A stretch of 64,000 nt of DNA from Botryllus schlosseri. Its lineage: Eukaryota. A program made the position numbers and the translations under genes. The stretch lies in NCBI GenBank assembly GCA_051294905.1, contig CM119371.1:38194001-38258000 (forward strand), given 5' to 3'. The notes beneath the pieces are model-generated. The model did not search any database. It was not told the origin of the DNA and worked only from the letters and a program-made list of their open reading frames with translations. The number at the start of each line of letters is the position of its first letter. The first letter of the stretch is position 1. Below are positions 50,001 through 63,366 of this stretch, piece by piece.

Positions 50001-52791
50001 TTTTTACAAGACATCGCTTACACGGATGAGATGGCGAGGAGGAGCCTGATAAACCTCCAACACTTAGGTATAGGAACTCTGGAGTCGACGTCGGTCGGAT
50101 TCGAACCCAAAACCCATTGGCTTGTTGCCTTGTATTACCACTAGGCTACGCTATCTCGCCACTTCAGTCGAATTGACCTCTTCTTTATAGTCAGCTTTCG
50201 CGTCATATTCAGAATAAGCTATCGTCACATGCATTTGTTGGCCGTGGTAATTAAATATATCTCACTGGATGTTCTAACGGTTGCCAGTGAACCCGTCCCT
50301 CGGTGAGCCCGTCCCGTGAACCCGTCCCTCGGTGAACCCGTCCCTCGGTGAACCCGGCCCTCGATGAACTCGGCCATCGGTGAATTCCGCCCTCGGGAAA
50401 TTTTGAAATTAAGTGTATTCACAAGTATTATTATGAATTATTAAACTAATAATGTCATTATCAACTGATTTGTCGATCTTGTAAGGAGGTCAGGGCATGC
50501 GTAGATCACGCAGTCACGGAGTGCTCAGATCACGTGATCACGATTGCGTGGTCGGCTCATTGTTGAATTGACTTGGCGAGGGGCGGTCGTGCGACGTTCG
50601 ACATCCTCGTATCTCTTCATGACATCGCATTGAGTCTTATCGCATTGTATAATGTGTGTGACTTGTTCAGATGAAAAATATATCCCAACGATTGTTATTG
50701 CTCACATATCAACCACGCGTGGTCTGCTCGTTATTGCAACTTTAGGTTGAGGTGGGGTGTTAGGGTTGGGTAGGGTGGGGGGGGGGAGACATTAGGGTTC
50801 GGGGAGTGGGACATTGGGTTCGGGTAGGATACTAGGGTTGGGGTAGGGGGGATATTAGGGTTGGTGGAGGTGGGATATTAGGGTTAGGGTTAGGGTTAGG
50901 ATATTAGGGTTGCCGGAGGTGGGATATTAGGGTTGGGGAGGGGGGATATTAGGGTTGGGGTAGGATATTAGGGTTGCCGGAGGTGGGATATTAGGTTTAG
51001 GGTTAGGATATTAGGGTTGCCGGAGGTGGGATATTAGGGTTGCCGGTAGGGGGACATTAGGGTTCGGCTAGGATATTAGGGTTGCCGGAGGTGGGATATT
51101 AGGGTTGCCGGTAAATACAAAATTTCCCGAGGGCGGAATTCACCGATGGCCGAGTTCATCGAGGGCCGGGTTCACCGTGGGACGGGTTCACCGTGGGACG
51201 GGTTCACCGAGGGACGGGTTCACCGAGGGACGGGTTCACGGGACGGGTTCACCGAGGGACGGGTTCACTGGTAATCGTTCTAACAATTCGCTCCCTATTC
51301 GCCCCTTTGGTATTTTCGCCTACGTTGGGATAATGTAAATGTCTGAGGTCGCACTGCTATAAATTCCGACTCAAAAAGTCTCCAGTCTTACTATGATTTT
51401 GGTGTATTCTACCCATCAGAGGTGCATTTTAATATCAGCTGTGAAAAGTTTTTCAGTTCACTGTTGCGGATCAATATTGCATTTATCTCATGACTAACAA
51501 TCATATTCTTGCAAACTAGAGTGGTGAATTTATAATAATGAACCAAACTCAACGAGTCCTGACTCTAAAATACCTTATCTCACCCACCACGCATACGCAG
51601 GGCAAATCACGACTACGACAATGGGAGCGTATAAATATGCAAACTGATATATATGACCCTCGGATTAGATCCACTGTTTTAGTGGTTTCCAACTTTATTC
51701 AATCGCCCAATCATATTTGTTTTTGAGAGTAAAAGTGTTGCTAGAATACAGCGCCTAATATTTGGCTTGAAAATGGGAAATCTTGGAATCAATTGAGCAG
51801 TCGAGCAAGAGATTTAAATGTTTGAATCAGGCCCGCGACCAAAACTGATTTCACACCCCTGCTTTAACGTATTCATCATATTCTACAAAATCGGATTCCA
51901 CGAGACTTGCCGAGGAGGTGTGTCGTAAATAATCGTTGCGTGGTTTCAATGTCGGTTCTAATGGGCCTATCAAGATTTCCACGAATCAGTACAAGAATCT
52001 CCACCAACTAGTTCCACCGGATGACAACGGAAAGATTCATACAACCAAATTAGACTCGCCCACCGATATTCGGTATCCGATTGGACGACACGCCCTCCCT
52101 TCTCGACTAATGGCGTCGCATTCACAACGACCGATTTGTCGGAATCGCCTGTGAAGCCCGATTAAGGCGCGCTTCCAAGGCTAAGTCAACAATAACTCGA
52201 TTTTACAGAAATTTTATAGACATGGTAATGAATGGAGTATAAAATTAAATAGAATGTTCATAATGAAATAAATAAGAATACTTTCGACTGACACTCGTCT
52301 TGGGCAATAGTCAACAATTGACTATCACAGGCCAGAAATTTAGAAGGTTATTTCAATATGATGAATATATTATTCAATTGTATATCGAAGTTCTGTAATT
52401 GGGAGAGTCTCATCTGGAAATGCGAATCAATGAAATATAAAAAGAAATGTTCCAATGTGGACGCCAATCATTTTTCTCACGTTGTCAGCGAAATCCGTTA
52501 AGATCTTTTCAGTATTTTCTCTTTTGTGTACTGCGGCCAAGGATGCGTCTGACTCCAGAAAGCGAATCGCTTCGAGAAAAGTCTTCGCGCGAACCTTCCC
52601 GTTTTGCAGCCGAACCGCTTCTTTGTTCGTTCGAACTTCGACCAGCTCGTGTCTGTAACGCTTGCAGTTAGTCGCGAGTACTACAGACAGACAGAGGGAC
52701 GGACTCACGGTATGTTCTTCGCTTGCAGCAGCAACATCATGCTTTGCGAAATCGGGTCGTGAACACTGCCATACAATGTTAGAGCTGACAT
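47058..52791 (-). CDS. Divergent glutathione S-transferase (omega-like) protein, 220 aa, 4 exons: 52791-52709, 52652-52481, 48238-48065, 47291-47058
   Basis: GT-AG exons join in phase: MSALTLYGSVHDPISQSMMLLLQAKNIPHELVEV...YLENIL...PFFGGKAPDVLDYGLYPWIEK...KLQTWVRKM. Confidence 0.75.
48334..49693. mobile_element. hAT (Charlie-like) non-autonomous element in the GST-like intron
   Basis: CAGGGGTTCTCAACCT...AGGTTGAGAACCACTG; exact 8-bp TSD TTCTAAAC. Confidence 0.85.
49055..49579. mobile_element. Nested hAT MITE
   Basis: CAGGGGTGGGCA...TGCCCACCTCTG; exact 8-bp TSD TATTAGAT. Confidence 0.85.
49900..50162 (-). mobile_element. tRNA-derived SINE copy
   Basis: Reverse complement of the 20738 family; B-box GGTTCGAATCC on the minus strand. 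Confidence 0.75.
50278..51277. mobile_element. Non-autonomous element with repetitive TIRs (GTGAACCCGTCCCTCG units) and an internal degenerate TTAGGG tract
   Basis: ~125-160-bp inverted arms; TTCTAA on both flanks; G-rich tract ~50740-51110. Confidence 0.8.
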
Positions 52792-54656
52792 TGCTACAAA
52801 TTAGACCTGCCGGGTAAAAAACCAGGTTCGTGACATATTCGGTATGTCAAAATTTATGAAAAATCTAAACTTTCATCGTCAAATAATGTACGAATATCGA
52901 GGAAGGTATTCAGTGTACAGGCAACTCGAGTGACTAGGTTAATGTTTATGGGTCAATCACAGTGACTCGTTCCTTGTTTTATTACTGAAAATCACGTCGC
53001 ATGGCAATGCGGACCTAGTTATCTCTTCTAAAATTTACTAACCGGACTGTGCATCAACAACAGTGTTAAAAGATCAGGGCCATTAAAATATGATTTTCAC
53101 AGAAAAAAAGTCGGCTATAATGAATATTTACAGCAAATCAGCGTGAATTGCGCTGTGCAAGATCAAAAGCAAAAAAGTATCATTCCATGTACACATCGTG
53201 CGACCAGTATTAACAAGGCATTACTGCAGGCGAGTCCAGGTTAGGTCAACATAACCCTATATGATATATAGTATCGAAGAAGTTGCGTAACAAAAACGTC
53301 TCAGAGTCCAAACTTCCAGTAGGGCATTACAACACGATGCAATTCATAGTCACAAAATATCGCTCACAGCGCATCGTATGATATAACACTTTCTTCTGAG
53401 TACAATGTGAATCTAGGATATTCTCGCATTCTGAAATTGTAACACCTTTTCCCATTTGCTACAAAACTATTCTTGCAAATAACAGAAATGTAGCATCTCC
53501 GTACGTAAGTATCTCATCTTTGCATAGACTGCTTGATCTATCTTCTAAACGATTGATCCTCATCCCACCAGGCGTGCACGACGCACAAATGAGACTGTCA
53601 GCCAGTTTCACGAATTCTTATAATAAGGTCAGCTGTAAATCGCGCCTCTCTATTTTCAAACTCTAAAAACCGGCTTCCCGCTTGTCATATCACAATTACG
53701 TAATCACGTCTTCTCTCGTTTCATCTCTCCTTTTAGTTGCGTTGATATGATTTGTCCGCCCAAACAGCTGTGTTTACACGCGGTCTCTTATCAGCGAGTG
53801 GTTGCGTCAGTAGACGAATCGATCAAAGTTCTCTAGAACGGACTTTGAACCGACTACGTGCCTGCGAACACGGCCTGTCCACGTGGTGACGTAGCAATAT
53901 GCATTCGCATCTTGCTGAAAATAGCTGAATAGATGATAAGTGCGTGGAACCATTATGCATTGAATACTAGCCTGCACTCGAGATTGACGGACCCACGATC
54001 TGACGGATCGACTTCGCTGTTTAACTCATGTCACTTCAATTTCACGGCTTTTCTTTTTTATGTACGCGTTCTAATAAATCATTTCAATATGAATATATTA
54101 TTTAATTGTATATTGAAGTTTTGTACCTCCAAGAAGCTGTTCAAATAACTTCGATCATGAGTGCGATTTAAAATTGGCAGCTCCAGCAATTTTATTACGC
54201 GTGAATGTATTTGGGACGCGGATTCGCGTGTGTGTTAGGTAAAGACATGTTCTCAATATGTGTAGAAGTATTTTATATCTATAATGACTAGTTCGATTTT
54301 GAAGACCTAAAAAAAGAAAAATTTTGACCTAAAAAATCAAAATTTTGACATTTTTGACTGAAAAAACTGAATTTTGGCCAAATTTTGACCTAACGTATGC
54401 AATTTAGGTGTTTTCTCACATAATGTTGAAATTGTACCACTTATCTTCATTTCTGGTTGGAACTAGCTGTGCTAACGAAGTAGTTTGACCTGAAAAAAAA
54501 AACGTTTTTGGATTAGAAACAGACAAATTTTTACATGAAAAAAGTGGTATTTTAACAAAAATCTGGCCCTATGAAGAATTCCAGTAGTTACAATACGTAT
54601 TATGGTAGAAATAATTAAAATTTGTTGCAGTACAACGAGAGATACTTTCCTACATT

Positions 54657-54851
54657 CTAGGGTAGAAAGTGTACGTCTTTACTAAGAAGCTTGCCAAGAA
54701 TGGAGAAAGAACGTTCAACAGCAGCAGTTGTTGGCTGACAACACTCAACTTGTGCGTACACTGCTGGTGACACACCGTGTTGCTTCATTCTGATAATGTT
54801 GTCTACATCACAATTTTTCATCAAGCGCTTCTTAACATAAGAATAATGCAA
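54657..54851 (-). pseudogene. Transposase C-terminal relic (hAT-like)
   Basis: PTTAAVERSFSILGKLL motif; flanked by AAATTTTGAC repeats. Confidence 0.5.
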
Positions 54852-56582
54852 TGCCCAGGAAGTCTTTCTTCAGTTATGATATTGCGGTACGTTGACCATA
54901 ACACCATGTCTATACCAATTTGTTTTATTTGAACGTTTCTGATTCACAATGAACAGACAAAACGCCGTTTACAATGGTAGGCGTATAAAGTAGGCTACAA
55001 GCTGTAAAATATCAAATGATAAGTTCACCGACAGTGCTAAATCTACGATACAAACGAAATGCAGACGTCAAAATTTTTTTGACTTTGTAAACAATTTTGA
55101 CAGATTTTGACCTAACGCTACCATTTTGACAAAATTTTGACAAATTTTGACATGTCAAAAAAAATCGCCCTAATAACAACTTCGTTGTTGAAGCGTATAT
55201 TTAAGGTATAGCATAGTTATGATCCTGCCAGCATTGTATGTCCTGGAGGTAAAACAAAAGTAGAATCAGCAAATCTATGAACAGATAGTTCCTCACAGAT
55301 TCAAATTTACATCCCCATCTAAGAATCGACACAGCTGCCTTTCATCCCAAGAGTTACCAAATTGGTTATTGAGGATGACCTGCTTAAATCATCTTGTCAA
55401 TGTCTCTTACGCGCGTAAGTTATCAATAAATAATAGTTTGTTTTAAATATATATAGCCTACATAGATATTATCTCCATAATTCATCGGTCCCTATATAAC
55501 AATTATTCACATACAAATATTGCGCTTCAGCTAATAATCCTAATTTAATATAGTGCGGCCCGCGAATGGATTCAGATGTTGAATGCGGCCCGCGAGCTGA
55601 AAACGCTGCCTCTCGTGATCTACACCTTTAGTGAATAAAGGCATAGAATAGCGCATGTCTATTAGTTTGTTTTCCTCGAAAGGTCACGACACTATTACTA
55701 TAATCTATGTACCTCCGTCAGTCATCACGAAAACATTTAATGAAAGCGCAAGGGTACGAGTGCTAATAAGGTTGTTATTTGATTGAAAGACCACTACCGA
55801 TCATTTCAACCTTTTCCTATCTTTTCACGTCACTATAAACTTGCGGCGTTTAGTAACGATGAAATGATTACTAAACTAATAACGCTGATGGAATCGCTAA
55901 GTTCCGACTAACACTATCTACAGCTGATCCTCTGATTAGTTATATCTGTCGTGTCCGCACTAAAACTATATGATCAAACATAACTAATTATTTGAGGACG
56001 TCGAGCTCCGTCTTGTCGGTTGATCACACTCTTGCAGCACGCTAACTACTTAGAAAAGAATGGAAGTACTATTAGTCCGTCATACAGCACACTATTCATT
56101 GGCACGTGCTTATAATGGTGGATTGGTGCATTTGACCCATTTTCACCAATGGGAAGGGATGAGAAGGCACAATTTAGGCCCTGAAAGGGGCTGATTCCCC
56201 ATATATATACACCAGACGCTATGATATAAATTTCATAATGACAGATATAAAGCATTTACAGTGAAAACCAGTCTTTCCCAAACTTTTGTTACACAGCCCC
56301 CCTTGGCCAATATCCCAGGTGCCAAACGATTCCCCCCCTACGACCCACCATCATGCTCACACAATCTACGTTACCGCGTCTGGAATTTTGTCGTTGATAT
56401 AATTCATCGGCATCACGCTGCTAGCTGTTTCAAAGTCACTATCCAGGAGGAGAATCCTGCATCATACTTGTTGCACATGCGTTTCTAAATGTTTGTACAA
56501 TAAGACCCGCTGGCAAAGAATTCTCTTCGTAATGATTGATTTGGTACAAAACTCAATATTGCATGCCAATGATCATCTAAGG

Positions 56583-57859
56583 TAGTGTTTCTCAACATTT
56601 TGACCTCGCGGCACACTTTGAAAATGAAAAATAGTTCGCGGCACACAAGCACAGTGGTTCAGAACTATTTTGGCTTTTAGCCAAACCACCAGTTCTGCGT
56701 AGCAGCAGCCACAGTCCTACAGAGGTGGTCACTGACGATGTACTTCTACCTTTTCGGAGCACACAAGTAGGGTTCTCTCGATTTCAAAATGGAAATTTAG
56801 TTTTCTTTTATCTCTGCGGACATGTCACAAATACGTTTACGAATGGTATCATCTGACATGGGAATCGTTTTCAATTCTTCCGAAACATTTTTTACAATTT
56901 TAGTGCAGGCTGGAAAAAGAACTTTCTCCGCTTCCGTGTGAGGCTTTGAATTATCAGGTATTACCTCTGCTACTACATAACTGCTGATATCTCGTTAAAA
57001 CTTCGGGCTGAGCTTGAATTCATAAAATTGGCTCGACAATAAAGTCTGCCCACCACCGCATTGTCGATGTATTTAACCGTGGCATTGGACAGTCCAATGA
57101 CGATCCCCACTAACAAATACATAGACGCAGAGGGCAGAGGCGTATGTACATTGTACATGTACATGGATACCAAACACATTTCCACGCATATCTTGTAATA
57201 GCACCTGTGAGGGTAGCAATACCTTAATATAGTGTTACTGGCAGCCACCCGCAGTTCAATTATAGTTCCAACAAACCGGGATATTAAACCTCAGCGGCGG
57301 TCCAATTTGTTAACTGATGTAATTTGATCAACTTTACTTCTCAATTCAACAAGTAAAAGATGAACACCTTCGGCCACACCTCAACATCATGGTCCAATTG
57401 CCAGAGTTTAGTTATCAGCGTCCTAAATGCTACAATATGTGGGCAAACTAGCGTATCACACCCATTGACGGTAGAGGCCCCTGTTTGATTCATGGCAGTG
57501 CAGTACCAAGTAACGGAGCGTCGCAGTTTTATGATATTATCCGTCGTATACGTTGCTGTGCTCAGAGCGTCTTTACAATAAAAAGTCGAGAGAAAGACCC
57601 ATAATCCATGACCTAATGAGGATGCCAGATTGAGATACTACTTTGAGATACCGTAACTTTAACTATGATCGTCTCAACATCTTTGTATCCTTTCATTGCA
57701 TCGCATTGTACATCGAATGTCTTGATCGGATAAATTCAATGGAATTTCCAATAATGACACCCTCAAAATTTGGATTTTTGTTATACTTCGTCCTTATTTA
57801 CCACATTTTCTCGCGGTACACCTGAGCAGTCCCATTAGTACATCGGTTGAGAACCACTG
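56583..57859 (-). mobile_element. hAT (Buster/Charlie-like) deletion derivative with a transposase relic at ~56700-56950
   Basis: TAGTGTTTCTCAAC...GTTGAGAACCACTG; exact 8-bp TSD ATCTAAGG; minus-strand KPHTEAEK..FPAC and IPMSDDTIRKRI motifs. Confidence 0.8.
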
Positions 57860-57955
57860 ATCTAAGGAGAGCGTTGGTGACGATGTCAGATCTAATGCGC
57901 CTTGTATTGTAACACATGGAACAACGTAACCACATATTCATATACTCCTTCTTAG

Positions 57956-58921
57956 CAGTGTTGGGATGACTCGAGTCATGACTTGACTCGAGTCAGACTC
58001 GAGTCAACTTTTTCGTATGACTTGACTTGACTCGAGTCACTTTGGAAAAATGACTTGACTTGACTCGGAGCTTCAAAAATGTGCATTGACTCGTGACTCG
58101 GAGCAAAATTTACGAGTCAATTTCAAGTCATCAAGTATAAGCGGTGTCGAATAAATCACTGTATCTTGTGGATGTTCGGATTGTTCGAGATACCCTGGTG
58201 TCACTTGTGAGAACAACCAGTCATTCTCTGATTGTACGTTACAAGGTTCCTCCATTGTTCGATCACAAATAAATTGACCACAATGTAGAAAATTAATCCA
58301 AATATCGATGTGTCTCTGTTTCTTAGACGGCTCAATGCTTAGGTTGCCCAGTGCTCACATTTACCAATCCTCTTGTGTGATTTAAATCGAACGAATATAT
58401 TGGGTGCGTTTATATTCTCATGGGAGTGTAGATAAGTAGTGTAGGCTATTGTACCATATCAATTTGTTTCAACTTCTCGAAGCTTCGTATTAGGTCCTGT
58501 ATTTTGGCTGATAAGAACTGACTGTAGTATGGAGCTGTACAGTTACTCACGTACTTTATTAGCAGTTCTACGTGTGCGTCAGGGATATACCGTCTTTTTG
58601 CATGCATATATAACGAGATATTCGTTATTTGATTAAGATAAATGATTAATTAATCTATCTTTCACACAGCTAGCAAAATGTAATGACTTTGAATAATCAC
58701 TCATACTTCGAAAATTCAATTTGACTTGAATTGTGACTTGACTCGTGACTTGACTTGACTTGACTTGACTCGACTTGACTCGAGTCACCTCCAAAAAACG
58801 AGTGACTTGACTTGACTCGAGTCACCTTTGAAAATCGATTGACTTGACTTGACTCGAGTCAAAATCTGCAATGACTCAAGATGACTCGTGACTCGAAAGT
58901 AGTGACTTGATCCCAACACTG
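57956..58921. mobile_element. hAT MITE with GACTT/GACTCGAGTC arrays
   Basis: CAGTGTTGGGAT...ATCCCAACACTG; exact 8-bp TSD CTTCTTAG. Confidence 0.9.
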
Positions 58922-59225
58922 CTTCTTAGTGCACAAATATGAATATTATTAATTATTGGATTTCCCGGAATGATTTCTATAGTGCCCGTTTCATTTCAGC
59001 GCCCTCCAATCGACTATAGTTTGTAGCTAGCGCCCCCTTCGACGTAACGCCTCCCTCGTGGCGAGATTTTGAGCACGACTACACATAATAACGGATCTCC
59101 AAATCCAATAAACTGAACTGAACTGCACAGAGCAGTATAACCACAGAGCGAGTGTTTCGATCGATCAAACCTTTTTTATTGAAGCTGGCACTGTTATCGC
59201 CAAGCAAACAGATGAGATTACATAA

Positions 59226-59530
59226 TCAAGGCGGGCAGTATTCGCAGACGTAGTAGCTCAGGCTGTCTCCTTCCTGGGCGGAGAACGCGAGGTTTTTGAA
59301 AGTAGGAAAAATCGCGATGGCCCGAGACTCAAACTCCATGGCGGAGTAGGTCACTGACACGCCCGTTTCGGAGACATACTCTGTTCCGTCGGTCCACAGA
59401 GCGGACATTGTGTCTGAAGTCCCGTCTCCGTCGGTCAGTCCCAGCCAGACACTGCCCGACACACCGAGTAAGTCGCGGAGAAGAGCCCTGTAAACGCGAG
59501 GAGATGGATAAGAGAGACCCAAATTATTGT
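59226..59530 (-). CDS. C-type lectin-like domain, terminal exon or pseudogene fragment
   Basis: VWLGLTD...W.DG...YVCE pattern; AATAAA ~50 nt after the stop; 5' boundary unresolved. Confidence 0.5.
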
Positions 59531-60078
59531 GCCCGACTCAGGTGGCGACTGACACGGACCCTTGTCGTCATCTAGTACTGGGATCTTCATCCGGGTGTAT
59601 CGTACCGAAATGTTTAAAAGGTGTACCACTCCGAGGGGGGGGGGGGGGGGGTAGCAGATTCGCATCACAATAGACCTTTAACTAGCTATCACAATAAATA
59701 AGCTAGTTCATGCTTCACAACAGATTGACCGGATGTGCAATATCGTACAATGTCCGTATCAACTGTGAGCAGCTTGAAAATTATATTCCTTTGTGAAGTC
59801 ACCAGCAAATGTTTCTCCTCATCATTTAGTCATTGGTAATGGACATGGATAACAACAAGCAAGAGAGTGATTAGCAAAACCGGAAGGTCCATCATCATTA
59901 ATTTTGTCATCAAAATTTTCGAAGACACCCCCTCCTACAGCTCTACCAGTTAATCTGATCAAGTGGTCTGAGAATGGATGGGTGTTTGACAATATATATG
60001 GAAAATTACCAGTATTATCGACGAAATTTATTTATGAGGTTGAAAAAATTTTCACGCTCGGCGCGACTATATACAATC

Positions 60079-61013
60079 TAGTGTTAGGATGACTCGAGTC
60101 ATGACTTGACTCGAGTCAGAATCGAGTCACTTTTTTCGTATGACTTGACTTGACTCGAGTCACTTTGCTAAAATGACTTGACTTGACTTGACTCGGTGTT
60201 TCAGAAATGTGGATTGACTTGTGAAACGGAGCAAAATTCACGAGTCAATTTCAAGTCATCAAGTAATCGGTGTCGATGAAAATCACTGTATCTTGCATAT
60301 GTTCGGAATGTTCTCGAAACGCTGTTGTGACCCGCAAGAGTGACCAATCATTCAATGATCGTGTGTTTTACTCGGCCTCCGTTGTACTCTCGCAAATAAA
60401 TTGAGCGCAAATCAAGTCATCGAAGCTTACAGCTTACGTTGTCGTAAACTATGTATAGTAAAGAAATTTAAAAGCAAATAGTCTATTTCTGTTCTCTGTT
60501 CTTACCTTAACAAAAACTCTTGTTTTATTGAAATTGAATGGGAATATAGTTTATATAGTCCTCAAACATTGCCGCAGGCTCGAATTGTATCATATCAATG
60601 TGTAAATGGGTAACGTATTGCATCTTATCAATTCGTTTCTCTATTCTCTATTTTGGCTGGTGACTATAAACTGTGGCTATGCAATTAGCGTAGTTTAGCG
60701 TGTATATTTAACCCTGTATTTGTTCATCGGTTCAAAATCATTGACCAATCAATCTGTATTTCAGACAGCTAGCAAAATGCAATGACGTAATCATGCCTTA
60801 TACTTCGAAAAAGCAACTCGACTTGAATTGTAACTTGACTCGTGACTTGACTTGACTTGACTCGACTTGACTCGAGTCACCTCCAAAAATCGAGTGACTT
60901 GACTCGACTCGAGTCACCTTTGAAAATCGATTGACTTGACTTGACTTGAGTCAAAATGTGCAATGACTCGAAATGACTCGTGACTCGAAGGTGGTGACTT
61001 GATCCCAACACTG
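60079..61013. mobile_element. Second copy of the same hAT MITE family
   Basis: TAGTGTTAGGAT...ATCCCAACACTG; exact 8-bp TSD ATACAATC. Confidence 0.9.
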
Positions 61014-62481
61014 ATACAATCCCAGTAACTTTTTCTAATAATATTACTCGCGATTTGTGTGGGGGTTTTTCTGTTTACGCAATTAGAAACACACAAAGGT
61101 AAATCTCAAGAAAACAGTGATGGCTCAGTACACCTACGCCTCTGCTTTTACCTCTTTTCTTGGTGTAGCGAATAGATACCAATCTCTCTATCTACTAGTG
61201 CGGGCTGATCGACAAATTCTCTGGCCGGATTTCTGTGACCGAGATTTAATTAAAAAAAACGGGTAGGCGTACTTATGTCTATTAAAGTACAAATGTAGTA
61301 AATCATACGCTGCAGGTCCAATTTTAAATATTGAATATTTTAAAAAGAAACATGACAATAAAAACTCACAGATGTGTATTGAACACAGGTTTGTATTGGC
61401 GGCTAACGGCGTGTGGCTGGTAGCTACAACAGTCATGCTCCTCTACAGCCTCAATGACGATTGTGACCGTATCAAAAAATACGAATCCGGCTCCGATCCG
61501 ACTCCGGTCGTATCAGAAAAATATGAATCTGGCTCCGACCAAATATGAAAAAAATCCGGTCGCATATCCAGTCCGGCTTCGGTCCACGACCAGCTCATGT
61601 ATCTACAATCTACATGCGTACAGCCCGCGGGAAAGTCGCGGCATCGATCTGACTCATAATGAAACCAGTACTCACTCTCTGTCCTCCGCGGTCCTGACGT
61701 TCTGCTGTGCGAGACCCACGTTAGCACCGATTGACGCGCATTCGCTTTCTGCGTCGTCTTCCCGGGCCGTGTTCGCGCCGACTTCGTACTGACATCCCTT
61801 GTATGTTTTCCAATCAGGCTGTAACGCAAAGGGAATACCGTGAGTGAGAGATCATTGAAAGAAAAAATCGGTATCGGGCATAACGCCGTAGAACAATATA
61901 GAGGGGAGTTTCGTGACGTCTAATGTTCCGGTAGGGAGCCAGACCACCATATTCAGCGACTTTTAGACTTGGGATAATCACATATGCCTATGATATCATA
62001 CAAGCAGAGTAATCGCTCTTGGTACTCCGGCAAACGTACCGTCGTGAATTTATACTCAAGAAGCTGCTGGTTCGTAATACAGAACTCGAAGATGGCCTTC
62101 AATACAACATCCATTGTAATAAAATATTTATTGAACTCGAATACTTTTCGGGTGCCTCTTTTCAAGAGGTATATGGTGAAAGTATACATCACAAAGATTG
62201 TTTGAACGAATAACGCAACAAATCCTCAAATCGATTCGCTCAAAAACTTGCGCAAATGACCGCAAGCGTTCGCGCGCCAATTCAAGTTGACTGCAAAACC
62301 TGACTCATCTGACGATTATCAAACATACGCTTCGTCGAGCGGTCAACATTTAAGTGAAAATCCTTCTTGCGCTCAAAACTATAAGGACGAAAAGTTTACT
62401 GTCATTGCGCGAGGCAGATTTCTGTTTCATTTAAAAGTGTTAGAATCAACCAGTATTCAATTGACCAAGCCTATTCTAAGT

Positions 62482-63366
62482 GACAGACAGACAGACAGAC
62501 AGACAGAAGTTTATTTTCATGTGTAAGACAGTAATGCTGTAAAATGGTGGCCAGCGATACGACCTTCAGGTCTTCAAGTCAGCTGGTCACCTCATACATT
62601 AAACAGACAGTCAATATAGGTCAACATGCAATACCAATTACATATAGGCTAACCCATATATGTATATCTATAGTTAATGATTTGGCATATCACTGCTGTC
62701 AATCTAGCTACATAATAACAAGTAACTAAACAGTTGGTAAAATAACAAGTAAACAATACAAACGGTACCAAACTCTCAATGGTATGAGAATGAAGAAACT
62801 AAACAGTAGCCATTAGGTTATGATTGGAAGAGCTGCTTTTATAATGATATTTAAGTTCGTTAAAAGACATACTTTTCAATTCAGTTGGAGTCTCACCCCA
62901 TAGTTTTGGTCCTGAAAAGACAATGGATCTTTGAGCCATTGAAGACACACGTGGAATAAAATAGTTGTTAGAAGAAGCAGATCTGGTATTATAAGTATGG
63001 ACGTCTTTTTGGAGAAGAAATAGGCCTAGCAATGCATCGGAAATATTGCCATTATGGTATCTATGCATCAACTTTGCAATTTCTAAAGAGCACATTTTGG
63101 AACTGCTAATATGTTGAGGGATCTGTTTGCTTGCTGAGCACTATCCTAGACGGCATATTGATCGGATAGCTCTATTTTGTTGAACAGATAAGGCTTGCAA
63201 GTACGTTTTGAAAGATGTGCCCCAAAAAATAACACCATAAAGGTGAGGATGAATAATGGAAAAGTATAGAGTTCTTAGAACTGATCTGGGAAGTAAACGA
63301 GATACCCGTGACAGCACACCACAAGCACGAGAAACTTTTGACACTAGCAATTCGATATGTGAACAA
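62482..63366 (-). mobile_element. 5'-truncated, frameshifted LINE (CR1/L2-like) 3' end
   Basis: LRTLYFSIIHPHL.YG..FWG, QNRAIR, HTYNTRS, GPKLW motifs; AATAAA then (CTGT)n tail on the minus strand. Confidence 0.8.

Noticed and set aside
50740..51110. Chromosome end or telomere fusion site
   Set aside because: Tract is degenerate, in one orientation only, and enclosed by transposon-like inverted arms
61443..61829. 128-aa and 112-aa overlapping ORFs
   Set aside because: Built partly on short CCGGCTCCGA repeats, likely a transposon end; no protein motif
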